Assembly (NCBI GenBank): GCA_048939015.1
Contig: JBHLPW010000002.1
Location: forward strand, 1 to 64,000
Length of the DNA stretch: 64,000 bases
Origin: Promethearchaeota archaeon
GTDB taxonomy: Archaea > Asgardarchaeota > Lokiarchaeia > Sigyniarchaeales > SOKP01
Direction: 5' to 3'
The notes beneath the pieces were generated by a model that was not told where the DNA came from, made no database searches, and saw only the letters and a list, made by a program, of their open reading frames with translations. Of this stretch, positions 59,023-64,000 are shown piece by piece; within the stretch, counting starts at the first letter, position 1, and each line of letters opens with the position of its first letter. Both the position numbers and the translations under genes were made by a program.

Positions 59023-62000
59023 TCAACGTAAAATCTCTTCATAGAGCCTTTGGATAAATCCATCTAAATCATCTTCAGTATATCTTACATTTAAAAATGG
59101 CATTAAAAGAATGGGAACATCTTCTTCATTTTCATATACAGGAATAATTTTAACAGCTCCCTTCTTATTTAATTGATAAGCTGCTTGCCATTCTCCTTCA
59201 ACAGATTTCGAATCTTTTGAGTGTTTAGTACAAAATAAGACGAAAGTGTTGGAAATACTTAAAGTCTTTTCCATAAATTCAACAATATTTTGACCACTAT
59301 CTTTAATATAATAATAGACTTTGTCAATTTCCGGATATTTCTCAAGGCCTTCTACGATTTTATTGATGTGGAAATGATCCAAATCCAATGAGGAATAACT
59401 TATAAAAATGTTGAATTTCCTTGGTTTTACAACAGTGGGAACAACTTTTGGTCCTTCTTCAACTTTTGATGCAGTTTTAGAGGCTTGTTCCATTTCTTTT
59501 TCTATTGTAGGAGTTGGTTTCTTTTCTTCCTTTAACTTCTCTTTCACTGCAGGTTTAGCAACAGGTTCTCTTTTAATTTCTCTGAGAATTCCTGACTCAA
59601 TATCCTTACATTGTTCAATTTTTTCATTCGCATTGTTAAAAATATCAAAAAACTCATACGTTTCTGCTGTATCTTGAATTTTTCCTAAATTTTTATATGC
59701 TAATTTAATATTTCTTTCTTTTATGAGATAATCAACAAAATCTAATTTTCCTTCTAGTTTTGTTCTCATCTTTTCTTTCTTTTTTTCACTTATCTCTTTT
59801 TTCTTCAATCCTGATACTGTCATTCTCTTCTTTATCAATATCGCAGCACCAGTCACTCCCACAGCAACTATCGCAATAACCAATACAATTATAAAAATTT
59901 CAGTGGGAAAACCAGAAGGACTAGGGATATTATTTCCTGTATTACCCACACTATTATGAATAATGATATCAGTTCCATTATCCGATAAATTATTCCCATT
60001 AATATTATTATAATTAGATTGATCGAGATATATGCCTACACCATTATTCGAAATTACATTATCAGTGATTTTATTATTATGACTGTTTATCAGATAAATA
60101 CCATTCTCAACATTCAAATTTATTGTATCTGAATTATTGAATATATTTATATGGTTACTATTTATCAATTTAATACCATTTAAATCATTAGAATTAATAG
60201 TGCTACTTGTAATATTTACATATTGGCAGGAATCTAAGAGAATTCCATTTCCATTGTTAAAAGAACAATTAAGATATATTAATACTCCATATGATAGATT
60301 AATTAATTTAACTCCTGCGTCGTTTTGATCATTACCAGAACTATAAAAGGAGCAATTATTTATTGTAAAGGAAATATTAGAATTACTAATTGTTATGCAA
60401 CTACCTGTACTTTGACCATCAATTTCTAATGATTCAATAATGAATGGATCAGTCTTGGTTCCAGAGCCAGAACACCATCCCTGTTTAACTGCTTCCATCC
60501 ATGTATAATCTCCACTACCACTATCGTCAATTATAAGCGGATTTAATGGCCAATAGTTATAATACTTTTCAATCGAAACTGATTGATATCCTATATTTCC
60601 AGCTGTGTCATTAGCATAAAAAATGATAGTTATTGTCTCACGTCCTTTTTTATTCCATTCTTCTTCATCTATGATCCCTGTACTAGTAGTCGTTTTATTT
60701 GTTATACCATCATCAATCGTATACCATATATAATCGGGGTTTAATTCTGTAATTGTTATGTTGAATGAAGGTGAAATTGTATCAAATCTATCTCCTGGAT
60801 GTGGCGAATTAATACTAATCATTGGAACATGAGTATCTTTTAATATATTCACTTCTGCAAATCCCATATTAGCAAATGTGTCATTTGCATAAAAAGTAAT
60901 ATTTACTGAACCATCTGGAAAAATATCCCATATAGTTTGATTTATAGTGCCACTCCAGATCGTAATATTCATATTAGCTGAAGAATATGATTTGTTGCTT
61001 ACAACGTACCAAGCATTGTGAAAATTACTATCAATAATTGATATATTATAATTAGGGGCTTTATAGCTAAAAGCTTGGTTATAAATTGGATTATGGATTG
61101 TAATTAGAGGTCCTAAGGTATCTTTTCTAACATTAATTTCGTGCGCTGTTTCCACTCCCCGCGAGTCATTTACATAAAAACGGATCAAAACAGTTCCATT
61201 TGCCATACTATCCCAAGCTGAAAAGTTAATAGTACCATTAGTTGTAAAGGTGTAGATAGACGTATCGTTGCCTAAAGTATACCACATTGTGTGACTGATG
61301 CCTTCCTCAATAATAATAGTATAATTTGGAGGAGTCTGTTGAAATATTTCATTCTCAGTAGGAGAAATTACGGAAAAAACAATAGGATCCCACCAAATTG
61401 GAAGTTTATCTTGACTTGGGGCTGTGCCTCCAATATTTAAATAAGGTACGTCTCCAATTCCATCATCATCCACATCCTTGCCCGAATAATCAGACCAATA
61501 ATTCCCTATTGTACTCGTATTCCATTTATTCTTGTAGCCATCATCATATGCGTTTAAAGCATTAGTATAAAAATAATTTTGAGATATTAAATTATATGAA
61601 GCATCACTTTGTAGATATAGTCCACGCTGTGTATTATTTATTAATACATTATTAGTCAAGTTGTTAGAGTTCCCATATTCGAGTTCGATTCCCCTAAAAT
61701 TTTCAATAAGTACATTACTTTTAATAGTATTGTTATTAATCAAAGTTCCCTGAAAAAATATACCCTGATTCGTATTATTCTTTATAATATTCTCAAAAAT
61801 ACAATTAAAACGAATGTCATTTCCCGAACAGTAAATTCCCTGATAGTTATTACTTATTTTATTATTTGAAATGTTATTATTATAGCAATTATACAACAGT
61901 ATGATTCCATAATTATTACTATTACTAATTGTATTATTTGAAATATTATTATTATTACAGCTCTCCAAAAAACCATTCAATTCAATGCAACTTCCTTTAT

Positions 62001-63999
62001 GAAATTGGACATAATTTAGCGAGACTACAGAATTATTGGATCTATGTATAGAAATTCCATCATAATTGTATTTAATTGTATTATTATAAATAAAACTTAA
62101 ATCACAATCTCCTAAATATAAACCAGTATTGGTATTATTATATATCATCTGTTCATAGATGTAGCTATACTGACAGTAATAAAATTCGACTCCACTAGGA
62201 TTATTACTCACTGTATTATTAGAAAAGGTAGTATTGATGCAAAACCTAATAGTAATTGAACCAAAAGGATTAAATACAATAGTGTTCTTCTGAATCGAAG
62301 TATGATTAGAATTCTCAATAAAAACTCCATAATATTGGTTGTTTGTAATCATATTTTCAATTAGACTAATATTAAGACCACTATCAATCGAAATACCTAG
62401 ATAATTATTGTCACTTATGGTACTATTTTCTAAAACACCATAAGTGACGTTATTAAAAATAATTCCAGAACCAGAATCGCTGGCATTCAAAAATTTACAA
62501 TCTTGAATGAGAAATTGAACTATAGAATTACTTATTTTAATACAATTTGAAATATTATTACCATTTATGATTAAATTCTTCAAGAGATAAGGATCTGTTA
62601 ATGTACCAGAACCAGAACACCATAATAAATCTGAACTTGCTTTAGACCATGTAAAATTCCCACTTCCTGTTTCATCAATAATAATAGGTGAAATAGTATA
62701 ATTGCAAACATTCCATGTAAAATTATTATTTAATCCATTATTATCTTCAAAACACTTTATACTATTTTCATTTATGATATTTCCATAGATTTCAGTATTA
62801 TTACTCGATTCCAGATAAATCCCATATTCGAAATTATTATTTATAAAAGTAGTTTTTATAGTATTATTTTCACAATTTTCTAACAATATTCCAATTCCAT
62901 TGTTAAACGAACAATTACTATTAATAATCGCTACGTTGCTAACATTCACCAATTTAATTCCAGCGGATCCAGCAATAGAACTGCTATTATAAATTTTGCA
63001 ATTATTAAAAATGATATATTTATTTGAATTTTTAATTTCAATACAACTGTTTAAATCTTGGCCATTAAAAATTAAACCATTAAAAATATATGGATCATTA
63101 GAAGTACCAGAGCCTTCTATAAGAGTTCTCCACCATGGTTGATTTCTTGCCCAAGTCCAATTATGCGCTCCAACACCAGATGCCACTCCATCGATTTCAA
63201 TAGGTTCACGATAAATTGAATGGATATCATTAAACCAAATTTTACCCATAAAATTCGGCTTATATCTGAAGTCATTACGAATGGCATAGTACATATGAGG
63301 TGTGTATATATATACGTATGGATAAAGATCCTCCACAATATATTTTTGCATATTATTGTATAACGACTTTCTTATAGAAAAATCAGTTTCATTTAGAGCT
63401 TGTTCCATTAAACCCTCGAGAACTGTATCGTTAACTTGACCGCGATTATATATTGAAGAATTTGAATAAAGATATTCTAGTAATACACTTGGATCATTGT
63501 AAGTTATACCTTCATAATAATAACCAAACAATTCAAGCGTTCCTACGTTATAGTACAATCTCATATAAAAATCAAACCATGAGAGAGGGTCATCGATAAC
63601 TTCAATACCAATTAAATTCAACGAATAGCTCCACGAGTTATAAATATTGGCAAATATTGGAGAACTATCTAAATAAGAATAATCTAAACTTGCAAAAATC
63701 GTAGAAGTCCAAAGACCTTCATCAGTTCCAGGATAATCGGTATCCCATCCAACACCAAAACCCATACTTTGCATAGTTTCTCTAGCTTTTGTAATATTGC
63801 AAGTAGCTATCTGATTAGAATAATTCGAATATAGCATTCCATAAGGTATTGGAGATCTTAATCTATTCGCATGCCCTTCGGCAATTTCATTAATTATATA
63901 AGAATAATTTGTTGCGTAAGAAATAGCTTTTCTCCATGTTTTATCTAGAAGTGTGTTGTTCATTCCTAAATAAATGAAATCTGAAGAGTTCTCTGGACC
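59023..63999 (-). CDS. Single-pass receptor, 5' end outside window: family-5 ABC solute(peptide)-binding domain, beta-helix blocks, Ig-like stalk, TM, helical module, TIR
   Basis: Frame is open to the window edge (GPENSSDFIYLGMNN); WRKAISYA..., SPIP, RKSLYNNMQKYIVEDLYP (SBP_bac_5); three GSGTxxDPY/F-capped beta-helices; TM IFIIVLVIAIVAVGVTGAAILI; TIR IFISYS...SVEGEW. Confidence 0.83.
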   Translation of the reverse strand, partial: GPENSSDFIYLGMNNTLLDKTWRKAISYATNYSYIINEIAEGHANRLRSPIPYGMLYSNYSNQIATCNITKARETMQSMGFGVGWDTDYPGTDEGLWTSTIFASLDYSYLDSSPIFANIYNSWSYSLNLIGIEVIDDPLSWFDFYMRLYYNVGTLELFGYYYEGITYNDPSVLLEYLYSNSSIYNRGQVNDTVLEGLMEQALNETDFSIRKSLYNNMQKYIVEDLYPYVYIYTPHMYYAIRNDFRYKPNFMGKIWFNDIHSIYREPIEIDGVASGVGAHNWTWARNQPWWRTLIEGSGTSNDPYIFNGLIFNGQDLNSCIEIKNSNKYIIFNNCKIYNSSSIAGSAGIKLVNVSNVAIINSNCSFNNGIGILLENCENNTIKTTFINNNFEYGIYLESSNNTEIYGNIINENSIKCFEDNNGLNNNFTWNVCNYTISPIIIDETGSGNFTWSKASSDLLWCSGSGTLTDPYLLKNLIINGNNISNCIKISNSIVQFLIQDCKFLNASDSGSGIIFNNVTYGVLENSTISDNNYLGISIDSGLNISLIENMITNNQYYGVFIENSNHTSIQKNTIVFNPFGSITIRFCINTTFSNNTVSNNPSGVEFYYCQYSYIYEQMIYNNTNTGLYLGDCDLSFIYNNTIKYNYDGISIHRSNNSVVSLNYVQFHKGSCIELNGFLESCNNNNISNNTISNSNNYGIILLYNCYNNNISNNKISNNYQGIYCSGNDIRFNCIFENIIKNNTNQGIFFQGTLINNNTIKSNVLIENFRGIELEYGNSNNLTNNVLINNTQRGLYLQSDASYNLISQNYFYTNALNAYDDGYKNKWNTSTIGNYWSDYSGKDVDDDGIGDVPYLNIGGTAPSQDKLPIWWDPIVFSVISPTENEIFQQTPPNYTIIIEEGISHTMWYTLGNDTSIYTFTTNGTINFSAWDSMANGTVLIRFYVNDSRGVETAHEINVRKDTLGPLITIHNPIYNQAFSYKAPNYNISIIDSNFHNAWYVVSNKSYSSANMNITIWSGTINQTIWDIFPDGSVNITFYANDTFANMGFAEVNILKDTHVPMISINSPHPGDRFDTISPSFNITITELNPDYIWYTIDDGITNKTTTSTGIIDEEEWNKKGRETITIIFYANDTAGNIGYQSVSIEKYYNYWPLNPLIIDDSGSGDYTWMEAVKQGWCSGSGTKTDPFIIESLEIDGQSTGSCITISNSNISFTINNCSFYSSGNDQNDAGVKLINLSYGVLIYLNCSFNNGNGILLDSCQYVNITSSTINSNDLNGIKLINSNHINIFNNSDTINLNVENGIYLINSHNNKITDNVISNNGVGIYLDQSNYNNINGNNLSDNGTDIIIHNSVGNTGNNIPSPSGFPTEIFIIVLVIAIVAVGVTGAAILIKKRMTVSGLKKKEISEKKKEKMRTKLEGKLDFVDYLIKERNIKLAYKNLGKIQDTAETYEFFDIFNNANEKIEQCKDIESGILREIKREPVAKPAVKEKLKEEKKPTPTIEKEMEQASKTASKVEEGPKVVPTVVKPRKFNIFISYSSLDLDHFHINKIVEGLEKYPEIDKVYYYIKDSGQNIVEFMEKTLSISNTFVLFCTKHSKDSKSVEGEWQAAYQLNKKGAVKIIPVYENEEDVPILLMPFLNVRYTEDDLDGFIQRLYEEILR

Positions 64000-64000
64000 A

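Noticed and set aside
1722-63338. Numerous short (60-175 aa) ORFs antisense to or overlapping long genes in the ORF track
   Set aside because: They are shadow frames of well-supported genes and show no recognisable motifs.

Overview
Low-GC archaeal DNA, most likely Asgard (Lokiarchaeia-like). This is inferred from Loki-CTERM-type C-terminal anchors, longin-like C-terminal domains, tandem Lrp regulators and frequent TTG/GTG starts behind GGTG(A) ribosome-binding motifs. The left half (1-32.6 kb) is an amino-acid/peptide catabolism region: a COG2403/ArcE-like arginine synthetase, catabolic OTCase, carbamate kinase, ornithine aminotransferase, a proline/sarcosine-type dehydrogenase pair, tungsten AOR, D-aminoacylase, TldD/TldE and a CoA-transferase. 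It also holds a TetR operon with a clear operator array, a free-standing GIY-YIG nuclease and a duplicated gene-start remnant. The right half (32.7-64 kb) is an almost entirely minus-strand surface/signalling island: a RelA/SpoT-TPR-SLOG-longin-like protein, three membrane proteins ending in closely related TIR domains, and two giant modular Ig/lectin-like surface proteins showing signs of module shuffling. Two of the TIR proteins have a Toll-like-receptor-like layout (beta-helix ectodomain, one TM, cytoplasmic TIR). One of these carries an ABC peptide-binding domain, and the other is split by an in-frame TAG. No rRNA, tRNA or CRISPR array was recognised. All domain calls come from motif recognition by eye; no searches were run.
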